Program-made: the position numbers and the translations under genes
Notes under the pieces: model-generated
Databases searched by the model: none
Seen by the model: only the letters and a program-made list of their open reading frames with translations
Told to the model about the DNA's origin: nothing
Shown: in pieces, positions 35,484 to 45,125 of the stretch
Layout of the letters: each line of letters opens with the position of its first letter
How positions within the stretch are numbered: position 1 is the stretch's first letter
Assembly: GCA_028687045.1 (NCBI GenBank)
Contig: JAQUAW010000002.1
Span: 1-60,260, forward strand
From: Patescibacteria group bacterium
GTDB taxonomy: Bacteria > Patescibacteriota > Patescibacteriia > Magasanikbacterales > UBA922
Length of the DNA: 60,260 nt
Reading direction: 5' to 3'

Positions 35484-37622
35484 ATGAAGAAAGAAAACCT
35501 CTCAATTTCCGGTATGCACTGCGCCTCATGTGCGGTCAGTATTGAACGTAGTTTGCAAAAACAGCCTGGTATGAAAAGTGCTAGTGTTAATTATGCTTTA
35601 GCCCAAGCCTATCTTGAGTATGATGAAAAGCAAGTCAAAGATGAAGATGTTGCCAAAGCTGTAGAGAGTGCAGGGGATTACAAAGTCATGATTGCTGACG
35701 CCAAAGATAAAACAAAAAATAATACTAAAAAAAGTTTTCAAAAATTTGTTTGGTCACTTATTTTCACTTTGCCGATGCTCGTGGCAATGTTTTTTGATAT
35801 GGCGATGTGGTTCACTTGGGTTTCTCTTGTTTTGTCATTTGTGGTTGTCTTTGTGATTGGTTTTCAGTTTCATCGTGGTATGCTAAGTCAACTAAGACAT
35901 TTTCAAGCCAACATGGATACACTTGTGTCTGTTGGAACTTTGTCAGCTTTTTTTTATAGTGTGTATGCGATGTTTATTGATGGTCACTTATATTTCGAGA
36001 CTGCTGCTGTCATTGTGACTTTGATTTTGCTTGGCAAATATTTGGAAATCAAAAGCAAAGGACGAGCATCAGAAGCTATAAAAAAACTTTTTGCGCTTGG
36101 TGTGAAGAAAGCTCGTCTGCTAGAAAATAATAAAGAAAAAGAAGTTGCTGTCGAAGATTTGCAAGTTGGCGATATCTTGCTTGTCAAAGCAGGGGAGAAG
36201 ATTCCACTTGATGCTAAGATTATTGAAGGTAGTACTTCTATTGATGAATCAATGCTGACAGGTGAAAGTGTAGCTGTGGAAAAAAATATCGGAGACCAAG
36301 TTTTCGCTGCGACTATCAATGGCACTGGCGTTATCAAAATACAAGTAACTAAAATTGCCAGTGAAACTATGCTTTCCAAAATTATAAAATTGGTAGAGCA
36401 AGCTCAAAGTAGCAAAGCTCCAATGCAAAAGTTGGTGGACAAAGTTTCCAGTATTTTCGTGCCAAGTGTGATTGTGATTGCTTTAGTTACTTTTGCAATT
36501 TGGTATTTTGCTTTGGGTTATGGTTTTGAAGCGAGTATTATCAATGCTGTAGCTGTGCTTGTCATTGCTTGTCCTTGTGCTTTGGGTCTTGCAACTCCGA
36601 CAGCTATTATGGTCGGTAGTGGTAAGGGTGCAGAAAAAGGAATTTTGATCAAAGATTCTGAGAGTCTAGAAATAGCTCACAAAATTCAAGTAGTGATGTT
36701 TGATAAGACTGGTACTCTGACACAAGGCAAACCAGAGATTACCAATATTCATATTATCCAAAATAATTTAGAAAAAAAAGAAGCCATGATTTTGGCTTGT
36801 GCTCTTGAAAAACAAAGTGAACATTCACTTGCTTTGGCTTTTGCTAAATTTGCTACAGAAAAAAGTTTGACTATTCCCGAAGCTAAAAAAGTTCAAACAG
36901 TAAAAGGTAGAGGAATAAAAGGTGTAATAAATAATCAAGAAATATTTTTGGGCAACACCAAATTTGTTGCTGAGGAAAAAATAAAAATAAATAAAGACGC
37001 TGAAGAAATTTTTGAAAATTATGCAGAAAAAGGTAAAACACCAATTTATCTTTTTGACAAGAACGAAATCTTGGCTGTCATTGCTGTAGCTGATATTTTG
37101 CGCGGTACTGCCAAAGAAGCGGTACAGAAATTGCAAGACAAAAATATAGAAGTCTATATGATCACAGGTGATCATCGCAAAACTGCGCAGGCTATTGCCA
37201 AGGAACTGGGAATCAACAAATTCGTAGCTGAAGTCTTGCCACAAAATAAGGCAGAGGAAGTGAAGAAGTTACAAGCTCAAAACAAAGTCGTGGCGTTTGT
37301 CGGTGACGGTATCAACGATGCGCCTGCGCTCGCACAAGCCGATTTGGGGCTGGCAATGGGTGGTGGTAGTGATATTGCCCTAGAAACAGGAAATATCGTC
37401 CTAACCAACAGTAATCCCGTCAAAGTCTATGAAGCTATTACACTCTCCAAAAAGACTTTTGCGACTATCAAACAAAACTTGTTTTTTGCTTTTTTCTACA
37501 ATGTTGTGGCTATTCCTTTGGCAGCTCTAGGATTACTCAATCCGATGATTGCGGCTTTGGCTATGAGTCTGAGTAGTGTGTCAGTCGTGGTTAATAGTTT
37601 GCGGATTAGAGTAGGACACTGA
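35484..37622 (+). CDS. copA: copper-translocating P1B-type ATPase
   Basis: HMA GMHCASC, TGES, CPC (ACPCALG), DKTGTLT, and GDGINDAP motifs. Confidence 0.95.
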   Translation: MKKENLSISGMHCASCAVSIERSLQKQPGMKSASVNYALAQAYLEYDEKQVKDEDVAKAVESAGDYKVMIADAKDKTKNNTKKSFQKFVWSLIFTLPMLVAMFFDMAMWFTWVSLVLSFVVVFVIGFQFHRGMLSQLRHFQANMDTLVSVGTLSAFFYSVYAMFIDGHLYFETAAVIVTLILLGKYLEIKSKGRASEAIKKLFALGVKKARLLENNKEKEVAVEDLQVGDILLVKAGEKIPLDAKIIEGSTSIDESMLTGESVAVEKNIGDQVFAATINGTGVIKIQVTKIASETMLSKIIKLVEQAQSSKAPMQKLVDKVSSIFVPSVIVIALVTFAIWYFALGYGFEASIINAVAVLVIACPCALGLATPTAIMVGSGKGAEKGILIKDSESLEIAHKIQVVMFDKTGTLTQGKPEITNIHIIQNNLEKKEAMILACALEKQSEHSLALAFAKFATEKSLTIPEAKKVQTVKGRGIKGVINNQEIFLGNTKFVAEEKIKINKDAEEIFENYAEKGKTPIYLFDKNEILAVIAVADILRGTAKEAVQKLQDKNIEVYMITGDHRKTAQAIAKELGINKFVAEVLPQNKAEEVKKLQAQNKVVAFVGDGINDAPALAQADLGLAMGGGSDIALETGNIVLTNSNPVKVYEAITLSKKTFATIKQNLFFAFFYNVVAIPLAALGLLNPMIAALAMSLSSVSVVVNSLRIRVGH

Positions 37623-37721
37623 TTGCACTGATTATATTGGATTACACTGAGATAAAAAAAGAAGACACTTATGTGTCTTCTTTTAATCTGTGTAATCTTT
37701 TAAAAATCAGTGTAATCAGTG
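37617..37721. repeat. CACTGATTA-word palindromic element 1, arms around terminator GAAGACAC-ttat-GTGTCTTC
   Basis: 5' arm cactgattgcactgattatattggattacactga and 3' arm aatctgtgtaatcttttaaaaatcagtgtaatcagtg are near reverse complements. The element overlaps the copA stop. Confidence 0.85.
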
Positions 37722-37775
37722 TTTGTTTTAGATAGAACTATTGGCTAATATTAGCTAAGAAAGTCCTTTTTACTC

Positions 37776-37804
37776 TTGACAAAACTGCTTTTTTGTGTTA
37801 TACT
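37776..37804 (+). promoter_or_regulatory. sigma70-type promoter with extended -10
   Basis: TTGACA (37776-81), 17-nt spacer, TGt-TATACT (37799-804). Confidence 0.7.
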
Positions 37805-37838
37805 ATTTTATTATTCATAACAAATATCTACATATTTT

Positions 37839-39326
37839 ATGAAAAAATATTTACTTATTACTACAACTTATATTCTATATGTGCTTCTGTCTGTTTTTAT
37901 GAAGCCAGGTATGGTAGCGGCTGCTTCTTATCCAGTCGGTACTCTTATCAAAGTAGCTAATAAAGCTGATATCTATTATGTAGGTTCAGATTCTTATAAA
38001 TACAAAATTCCTGATGAAGCTACTTTTAGAAGTTGGTATAGTGATTTTTCTGGAGTAAAAAATGTTTCTCTTGCTGATTTCAATTTTTACAGAACTGCTA
38101 AATACAATGTTACTGTTGAACCTGTCAAACAATTGGTAAAATTTTCTAACAGTACTAAAGTATATTTAGTAGATTCTGGTGCAACTCTTAGATGGATCTC
38201 TGATGAAAAAACAGCTCAAACTTATTATGGTAGTGATTGGTACAAAAATATTTTGATATTGCCAAGTAAAGATTTCAATGATTATAAATTTGGTAGTGAT
38301 TTGAATATCAGTACTAAATTTTCTAAGACTTACGCAGCAGCTTTGAGTACTAGTATTGATGCTGAACTTAGAAATAGAGGTATTATAGCTTCCAAAGTTT
38401 CGAATGGTATGGTAGCTGCTGTTGAGCTTGAACCACTTTTGAGATCTCTTACTGAGAATCTTAGTGCAGGGTTACAACCATCGTTCAATAGTTCTAAAAA
38501 TAGTTATTTTATCAATGCTAAATTTACAGAAACTTCTTTTAGTCTTAAACCTTTGGCAACAGATACTGACTTGTATGTTTATGTAAATGGTACTCCTGTA
38601 GCTACTTATGCTAGTATAAATCTTGCTTTGGATATTGGTACAAATAATTATACTATCAAAGTAGTCAATCAAAATGGTACAGAAAATGTTTATATTTTGG
38701 AAGTATTACGTGAAGGTCCAAATGAAAATAATTATATTAGAAGTATCTCTGAAAACTTGCGTGATAATTTTACACCAGGTTTTAAAGCTGAAACTAGAAA
38801 ATATGATTTGGTAGCTCAGTATGATGAAAGTGTTTTGAATCTAAATATTTTAGCTGAAGATACTCTTACTAATATTTATGTAAATGATAAAAAGTTATCT
38901 AGTGGTTATAAAGGAACTGCTAGTATCTCACTAAATTATGGTGATAGCAAAGTAACTATTAGATCAGTATCACAAAATGGTGTTACTACATATTACGAAA
39001 TAGCCGTAAAACGTTATCAATATCCAAAATTAGGTGACAATGATTTAGCTTCTTTGAAAACGAACTTTGTTGGTGGTTTTTCTCCAGCTTTTGATTCAAA
39101 ACATAGTATCTACTTTATTAGTGCAGACGTAGATGTTGAAAGATTCTTAGTAACAGCTAAAGCTAAAAATAGTAAAGCTAGAGTGATTATCGATGGTACT
39201 CAAACTACTTCTAAATATGTAACTCTTGATTATGGTGAAAATAATATAAAAGTAGTAGTAGAAATACCAGATGCTCCTGAATTCAATAAAACTTATACTC
39301 TCAAAGTATATAGAGAATTGGAATAA
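37839..39326 (+). CDS. secreted protein with about four cadherin-like beta-sandwich repeats
   Basis: Signal peptide plus repeated L..L....G.L.P.F......Y...V modules (e.g. LRSLTENLSAGLQPSFNSSKNSYFINA). Confidence 0.65.
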   Translation: MKKYLLITTTYILYVLLSVFMKPGMVAAASYPVGTLIKVANKADIYYVGSDSYKYKIPDEATFRSWYSDFSGVKNVSLADFNFYRTAKYNVTVEPVKQLVKFSNSTKVYLVDSGATLRWISDEKTAQTYYGSDWYKNILILPSKDFNDYKFGSDLNISTKFSKTYAAALSTSIDAELRNRGIIASKVSNGMVAAVELEPLLRSLTENLSAGLQPSFNSSKNSYFINAKFTETSFSLKPLATDTDLYVYVNGTPVATYASINLALDIGTNNYTIKVVNQNGTENVYILEVLREGPNENNYIRSISENLRDNFTPGFKAETRKYDLVAQYDESVLNLNILAEDTLTNIYVNDKKLSSGYKGTASISLNYGDSKVTIRSVSQNGVTTYYEIAVKRYQYPKLGDNDLASLKTNFVGGFSPAFDSKHSIYFISADVDVERFLVTAKAKNSKARVIIDGTQTTSKYVTLDYGENNIKVVVEIPDAPEFNKTYTLKVYRELE

Positions 39327-39328
39327 AA

Positions 39329-39439
39329 CACTGATTACACAGATTATATTGGATTACACTGAATTACAAAAAAACGTAAACCTTACAAGGTTTACGTTTT
39401 TTAATCTGTGTAATCTTTTTTAAATCAATGTAATCAGTG
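39329..39439. repeat. CACTGATTA-word palindromic element 2, arms around terminator ACGTAAACC-ttaca-GGTTTACGT
   Basis: Arms match element 1 in most positions; the central hairpin is unrelated. It fills the whole spacer between the convergent stops at 39326 and 39442. Confidence 0.85.
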
Positions 39440-39441
39440 TT

Positions 39442-40470
39442 TTATTGTTTTTTATTTTTCAAAGCTAATTGTCCACAAGCTGCATTGATATCCTGACCAA
39501 AAGCGAAACGTTCAGAAACTTTGATACCTGCGCGCATTAAAATATTTTTGAATTTTTTGATATTTTGTGTTAGAGATGGTTTGAATTTTCCAGTTGGATT
39601 GTAGCGGATTAGATTGACCATATAAAGTGAAGTATCTTCTCCAAGTAAGCGTATCAATTGTCTAGCATGTTCTTCTTTGTCATTGATGCCATCCATCATA
39701 AGATATTCAAACATAATTTGGCGACCTCTATCATTTTTGTATTCTTCGACAGCAGCCATTACTTTTTCAATACCAAAACGTTTGTTGATAGGCATCAATT
39801 CTGAGCGTAGTGCATCATTTGGAGCATGCAGGGAAATAGCAAGATTTAGTTGCAGTGGTTCTTTGGCAAATTTTTTGATACCGGTTACGACGCCACTTGT
39901 AGAAACAGAAATATGTCTGGCACCAATATTGAAGGCATCTTTGTCATTTAATAATTTGATAGAAGCCATGACATTGTCATAGTTCATAAATGGTTCACCC
40001 ATACCCATGTAGACAATATTGGTAATGCGAGTATTTTCTTTGTAATTTTTTTTCAAGTATCTACCAAAGAATAAGACTTGTAAAACAATTTCACTAACAG
40101 TCAAATTACGACCAAGACCTAGAGTACCTGTGGCACAAAAAACACAACCAACGGGACAACCCACTTGTGAAGAAACACAGACAGTATTACGACCGTCTTT
40201 GTGCATCATAAGGACGGTCTCAATTTGAGAACCATCTTCAAGCAAAATAAGTGCCTTGGTAGTATCAGTTTTATTGGAATCAAAAGCAGTAGACTTAATT
40301 TCAAGAGGACATTCTTCTTTTAGTCTATCGCGAATAGCTTTTGGTAAAGTGGTATTTTCATCCCAATCTTCTATTAAATCAACAAAAACAGCTTGCCAAG
40401 CTTGTTTGTAACGAAAGCTTGGTTCACCTTTTAAAACTTCTTTTAATTTGTCTAAGTTCATAAAGTTCAT
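39442..40470 (-). CDS. rlmN: 23S rRNA/tRNA adenine-C2 methyltransferase RlmN (radical SAM)
   Basis: CPVGCVFCATG radical-SAM cluster, MGMGEP, and C-terminal AACGQL. Confidence 0.9.
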   Translation of the reverse strand: MNFMNLDKLKEVLKGEPSFRYKQAWQAVFVDLIEDWDENTTLPKAIRDRLKEECPLEIKSTAFDSNKTDTTKALILLEDGSQIETVLMMHKDGRNTVCVSSQVGCPVGCVFCATGTLGLGRNLTVSEIVLQVLFFGRYLKKNYKENTRITNIVYMGMGEPFMNYDNVMASIKLLNDKDAFNIGARHISVSTSGVVTGIKKFAKEPLQLNLAISLHAPNDALRSELMPINKRFGIEKVMAAVEEYKNDRGRQIMFEYLMMDGINDKEEHARQLIRLLGEDTSLYMVNLIRYNPTGKFKPSLTQNIKKFKNILMRAGIKVSERFAFGQDINAACGQLALKNKKQ

Positions 40471-40613
40471 TAATCCTGGATTAAGTTCAGGCTGACGAGA
40501 TCATCTTACCTTATTTTAGCTTTTTTTTCAAGGTCTTGCTAATTTATATCTTTTTGGTATAATATAAGTCTAATTTATTAAAGCCTAATTTAGGGCAAAT
40601 TAACTAATGTTAT

Positions 40614-41231
40614 ATGAAAAAGAATTTATTTTTTTTGGCACTAATTTTTTTATTAGTTGGTGCTGGTTGTGAAGAAGTAGGTAAATTAAGTAATAGTGAT
40701 AAGGAAGATCTGGAAAAAATCGTCATGGACAATGAATTGTTGGAAGATGAAAGGGGAGAGCAAAATGTAACAAATACAGAAAAAATTGACCTAGATGATT
40801 CTACAAAAGAAGAAATAAAAACAGCAGAAAAGAAATCATCAGAAAAAATGGAAAGTGAAGACGAAGATGAAGATAACGAATTTGAAGATGAAGATGGTGA
40901 AGATGATGATAAAACACCTACTAAAGTAACACCAGCACCTGTTACTCCAAAACCAACTACACCAACTAATCCAGCCACTCCTACTACTCCAACTGTAAAA
41001 TCTTACACTATGGCAGAAGTAAAAGCTGGTAATAGTGCTCAAAAATGTTGGACAACTGTAAGTGGTAAAGTATATGATCTTACTCCTGCTTTGACTCAAC
41101 ATCCTGGTGGAAAAGCGGCTATTATGTCACTTTGTGGAGTTGATGGCACTTCAGCTTTCACTAATCAACATGGTGGACAAAGTAATCCGATGAGTATGTT
41201 GAATGGTTTACAAATTGGTATTTTGAAATAA
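40614..41231 (+). CDS. lipoprotein with acidic linker and cytochrome b5-like heme-binding domain
   Basis: Lipobox LVGAGC, a D/E-rich low-complexity segment, then CWTTVSGKVYDLT...HPGG. Confidence 0.65.
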   Translation: MKKNLFFLALIFLLVGAGCEEVGKLSNSDKEDLEKIVMDNELLEDERGEQNVTNTEKIDLDDSTKEEIKTAEKKSSEKMESEDEDEDNEFEDEDGEDDDKTPTKVTPAPVTPKPTTPTNPATPTTPTVKSYTMAEVKAGNSAQKCWTTVSGKVYDLTPALTQHPGGKAAIMSLCGVDGTSAFTNQHGGQSNPMSMLNGLQIGILK

Positions 41232-41269
41232 AACGATAACTAAATTCAAATCAAATAAAAAACGTCCAA

Positions 41270-41689
41270 TTATTTTGGACGTTTTGTTTTTACTTTTAAT
41301 CTTTTGTCAGTAGATTTGTGAAAAGGTCTTATTCCTTTTAAAAGTTTATTAATTAACCTTGTTTTTTTATCTGCAGATTCTGTTTTAAAACATAAAAAAA
41401 TATATAGGTCTGGTGTGTCTATTTCTGTCAAAAGTGTAGTAAATATTGTTGCCTCATTTTTAGCAAAATTTGCAGCTAGAGAGTTTGCTTCATTAGTATC
41501 CATTCCTTCTGTTAGTATTTCTATGATACTGCGTTGTATAAATATATAATTACTCCAAAATTTTGCTATTTCTTTTTCATCTAATTTCAAGTCTTTTTTT
41601 AATCTATTAGATAGTAAGGTATTAGCCTCGGTTTCAGCAGGGATTGGTCTTTCTTGATCTATCGCAGTATGTTTTGTAAATTCAGACAT
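41270..41689 (-). CDS. hypothetical protein (139 aa)
   Basis: ORF only; no motif recognised. Confidence 0.45.
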   Translation of the reverse strand: MSEFTKHTAIDQERPIPAETEANTLLSNRLKKDLKLDEKEIAKFWSNYIFIQRSIIEILTEGMDTNEANSLAANFAKNEATIFTTLLTEIDTPDLYIFLCFKTESADKKTRLINKLLKGIRPFHKSTDKRLKVKTKRPK

Positions 41690-41774
41690 AATTAATTTGT
41701 TTAATTATTAGTATATTTACGTTATGTTAACTTTCGGCATATAAAATATATGGCATAAAAAGTTAATTTTGTAG

Positions 41775-41845
41775 TTCGGGACTAGGGATTCGAACCCCAA
41801 TACTCAGGACCAGAACCTGAAGTCCTACCATTAGACGAGTCCCGA
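41775..41845 (-). tRNA. tRNA-Gln (anticodon CUG)
   Basis: Manual cloverleaf: TCGGGAC/GTCCCGA acceptor (U1-A72), TCAGG-TTCTGGT-CCTGA, and the same T arm as the UUG isoacceptor. Confidence 0.9.
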
Positions 41846-41988
41846 ATGACGTAAAATTGGCTTACATCTATATACGACTGGTTTTATAATACTTGTAGTA
41901 TATGAATGTGAGTTAGTTTTACGTTGGCAATTAGATAATTTATGAATGTTTTCTCAAATCAGTGTTTAAATATTTATTAGCTTTGTTT

Positions 41989-42984
41989 TTAAGAATTTAA
42001 TACCAAACCTGTTGCTATTTGCTCTTCTAAGAAAATTGAATTAATAGTTTTTATATCAGACCATTTCCAGCCATGACCTAAAAATACTTTTTCTGAACTA
42101 ATAGCCCTTTTTTGTCCATTTTCTATCAGATAGATTACTGGATTATTATCATCTCCCTTTACCAATATTCCTTCTATGAGTTTTTCTTCAGATGTAGTAG
42201 GGGAATAACCATTTTTTACTTCTGCACCATCCATACGTCCATCCCCATCACTGTCTTTTGAGTCTAGCATAGTACCGTATTTAACTTCTTGTTCTTTGTT
42301 CAATCCATCTCCATCAATATCAATATTTTTGGAATTTACCAAATTTGGACTGGTAAATATAACCATTTGTTCTCCTTCTGGAGTTTTGTTATCTGGTAAG
42401 AAATCATGCATGGCATACATTATACTATCATAAGAATAATGTAAGTCAAGACCACGACGTGTTCCTGGGTCCTGAGTAATAAATTCTTGGGTTTCATCAT
42501 CATAACCACTTATCACTAGGACATGGTAGTCCAGACTTTTTGTACTATAGTAAGGGTTTGGTAAATAGGGTAGATATACTGGTATTATGACAGGATGACC
42601 AACATCTATTTCATGTTTTATTTGTTCTATTGTTGGGTTTTTCACTATTGTGGTTTCCCAAGAAAAATAATTATCTATAAGGTAAGCATTTTGATTTGAG
42701 TTGGTATCTTCGTTGAAGCCAAAGTATTTGTCTTCTATGTCTACTATTTTTAATATTGTAGGGGCGGCATCTTCAGCAACTATATTTCTTTCTGGATAAT
42801 TGTGATAAAAAGCATTGATCATGGTGATACTTGTTTCTTCGCAAGCATTATCCCAAGGTGGTATCCATTCTTTGTAAGGACTTTGTGTTGTGAAAGGAAC
42901 TTCTAGATTGGTTTCTGCTAGAGCTGTGTTTGCCATAAGGAAAAACAAAGCTATGGCAATAGTAGAGAATATTGTTTTTTTCAT
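41989..42984 (-). CDS. secreted C39-like cysteine peptidase domain protein with TSP3-type Asp-rich repeats
   Basis: Signal peptide, WDNACEETS putative catalytic Cys region, and DIDGDGLN / DSDGDGRMDG calcium-binding-like repeats. Confidence 0.5.
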   Translation of the reverse strand: MKKTIFSTIAIALFFLMANTALAETNLEVPFTTQSPYKEWIPPWDNACEETSITMINAFYHNYPERNIVAEDAAPTILKIVDIEDKYFGFNEDTNSNQNAYLIDNYFSWETTIVKNPTIEQIKHEIDVGHPVIIPVYLPYLPNPYYSTKSLDYHVLVISGYDDETQEFITQDPGTRRGLDLHYSYDSIMYAMHDFLPDNKTPEGEQMVIFTSPNLVNSKNIDIDGDGLNKEQEVKYGTMLDSKDSDGDGRMDGAEVKNGYSPTTSEEKLIEGILVKGDDNNPVIYLIENGQKRAISSEKVFLGHGWKWSDIKTINSIFLEEQIATGLVLNS

Positions 42985-42990
42985 AATTAT

Positions 42991-44628
42991 TTAGTTTAGT
43001 ATTTGTCCACCTAAAGCAGTAGCTAGATTGTTTAGTTGATTATTGTTTTCTTCTATTTTTTTTTCGCCAGTAACTTCTGTTATTTCTAGACGTACTTGGC
43101 TACCCAAAATAGTATTAAAAATATTTTCTATTTTTTGTTTGGTAACATTTTCTGATAATTTTTCTTTGTGAAAAGAATATTCTACAGATAATGTTATAAC
43201 ATTGTTTTGTACGTTTTGTATTTTGGCCATTTTTAATATAAAAGTCATAGAAGGAGCTTCTATTTCTAAGGCTTTTATAACATTTGACCAATTATTTTCT
43301 ACTTGTTCTTTGCTGACGGGTGCATTATTTACATGTGTATTTAAAACAGGTTCTATTATTTCTTTTTTTGTTTCAGTAACAGTTTCTGTCATTATTTCTA
43401 TATTTTCTTCTTTTTTAGGTTCAATAGTTTCTGTTTGTTGTATAGTATTTTCTACTACTAATTCTATTTTCTTAGGTTCAACTTGTTTATTTTCATTTTT
43501 TACTTGAACAAGACTTTCATCTTTGGTAGTTGTTTTATTATCTTGGTTACACCATTCTATTGCCAGCATTTCCAAAGGTAATTGTGGTAGTACAGAATTT
43601 TTTACTTCACTATCTCTTTTTATAGCTAAATCTAAAAGTTTTATAATTTCAATTTCTGATAGTAGTGTTTTCAATTCTTGAATTTTTTCTTTATTTTCTT
43701 TGTTTAGGTCTAATTCATGTTCTGCTAAGTCCATATCAACTCCAGCAATCATGAGAACTCTCAAAAATTCTATAAAATCATGAGAAAAGTAGATAATATT
43801 CAAACCTTCATTATCTAGTTTGTTCAAAAAGTTCAAAGCTTCTTTTTGTTGTTTGTTAGCTAGATATTTTGCGAACTCTAATTGTAGTTCAATACTGGCG
43901 CTTGGTAAAACTAAAGAAGCTATTTCTTCTGTTATTTTTTTTGCTCCACTAGCCATTAGTTGCTCAAGCAAACTAATACCATCACGTAAGCAACCTTCAC
44001 TTTTTCTGGCTACTCGAAGTAAAACATTTTCTTCAATTTTTACACCTTCTTTTTCGGCAATGTTTTTTAGACTTTGAGACATCTCTTTTGATGGTACTTT
44101 ACTAAAAGTATATCGTTGGCAACGAGAGATTATCGTAGCTGGCAATTTTTGAGGGTCAGTAGTTGCCAATATGAAGACTACATAATTAGGAGGTTCTTCA
44201 AGTGTTTTTAGCAAGGCGTTGAAAGCAGCTGTGGACAACATATGCACCTCATCTATGATGAAAATCTTGAGTTTTGAGGTAGTTGGTTTGAATTGAGAAT
44301 TCTCTATAATATTTTGTCTAACATTGTCTACGCCTGTATGACTAGCAGCATCTATTTCAATAACATCAATAGAGGTAGAGTTGGTTATTTCCTGACAAGA
44401 TTGGCAATTGTTACAAGGTTCGGCTGTGAACTCTTTTTTGTCTTTACAGTTCAAAGATTTGGCTAAAATACGGGCTGTTGTCGTTTTGCCAACACCGCGA
44501 GGTCCTGTAAAAAGGTAGGCATGAGAGACTTTGTCAGTTGTTATTTGGTTGATCAAAGTTTTTATAATATGTTCTTGATCTATTACCTCTGAGAAGGTCT
44601 GTGGTCTGTATTTGTGGTATAAAGCCAT
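42991..44628 (-). CDS. dnaX: DNA polymerase III subunit gamma/tau
   Basis: MALYHKYRPQTF, GPRGVGKTT, zinc module CNNCQSC, DEVHML, and SRCQ motifs. Confidence 0.95.
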   Translation of the reverse strand: MALYHKYRPQTFSEVIDQEHIIKTLINQITTDKVSHAYLFTGPRGVGKTTTARILAKSLNCKDKKEFTAEPCNNCQSCQEITNSTSIDVIEIDAASHTGVDNVRQNIIENSQFKPTTSKLKIFIIDEVHMLSTAAFNALLKTLEEPPNYVVFILATTDPQKLPATIISRCQRYTFSKVPSKEMSQSLKNIAEKEGVKIEENVLLRVARKSEGCLRDGISLLEQLMASGAKKITEEIASLVLPSASIELQLEFAKYLANKQQKEALNFLNKLDNEGLNIIYFSHDFIEFLRVLMIAGVDMDLAEHELDLNKENKEKIQELKTLLSEIEIIKLLDLAIKRDSEVKNSVLPQLPLEMLAIEWCNQDNKTTTKDESLVQVKNENKQVEPKKIELVVENTIQQTETIEPKKEENIEIMTETVTETKKEIIEPVLNTHVNNAPVSKEQVENNWSNVIKALEIEAPSMTFILKMAKIQNVQNNVITLSVEYSFHKEKLSENVTKQKIENIFNTILGSQVRLEITEVTGEKKIEENNNQLNNLATALGGQILN

Positions 44629-44725
44629 AGGTGCTTTTGGTTATTTTGGTGTGGATTATTTATTTTTTTAGTTAGTCTATTATAGCTTATTTTTTGTCTG
44701 CTGTAAATTTTTTTTAATCGGGGAC

Positions 44726-44754
44726 TTGCTTCCTTAGAAGGGAAGTGTTATAAT
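44726..44754 (+). promoter_or_regulatory. sigma70-type promoter with extended -10
   Basis: TTGCTT (44726-31), 17-nt spacer, TGt-TATAAT (44749-54). Confidence 0.65.
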
Positions 44755-44794
44755 GTACTACGTAATTAAGTAATTTATTATTAACATAAATATT

Positions 44795-45070
44795 ATGCCT
44801 AGGAAAGTAAACCCAGCATTGCTTAAACCACTTAACCTTTCTCCAGAATTGGAAGCAGTGGTCGGACCTGGTCCAATGCCTCGTTCACAAGTTGTAAAAA
44901 AACTTTGGGAATATATCAAAGAAAAAAATCTTCAAAATCCTGCTAACAAAAGAAACATCTTCGCTGATGATTTGTTAATGCCTTTGTTTGGTAAAAAAGA
45001 AGTAACTATGTTTGAAATGACAAAACTTGTTTCACCACATATTACTGATCCAGATAAAAAAGTAGCTTAA
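44795..45070 (+). CDS. SWIB/MDM2 domain protein
   Basis: LSPELEAVVG....R.QVVKKLWEYIKEKNLQNP.NKR.I..D..L pattern. Confidence 0.85.
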   Translation: MPRKVNPALLKPLNLSPELEAVVGPGPMPRSQVVKKLWEYIKEKNLQNPANKRNIFADDLLMPLFGKKEVTMFEMTKLVSPHITDPDKKVA

Positions 45071-45125
45071 ACATTTAAAATAAAAAGACATCCAGTAGTG
45101 GGTGTCTTTTATTTTTGTCTATTTT

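Noticed and set aside
37617-39439. Integron attC sites flanking a gene cassette
   Set aside because: The ends lack the R''/R' consensus (RYYYAAC / GTTRRRY). There is no intI integrase or attI nearby, and the enclosed gene has its own strong promoter.
40610-40978. 122-aa Ser-rich minus-strand ORF
   Set aside because: It is a mirror image of the Asp/Glu-rich linker of the plus-strand cytochrome-b5 lipoprotein gene, which has a signal peptide, a lipobox and an HPGG domain.
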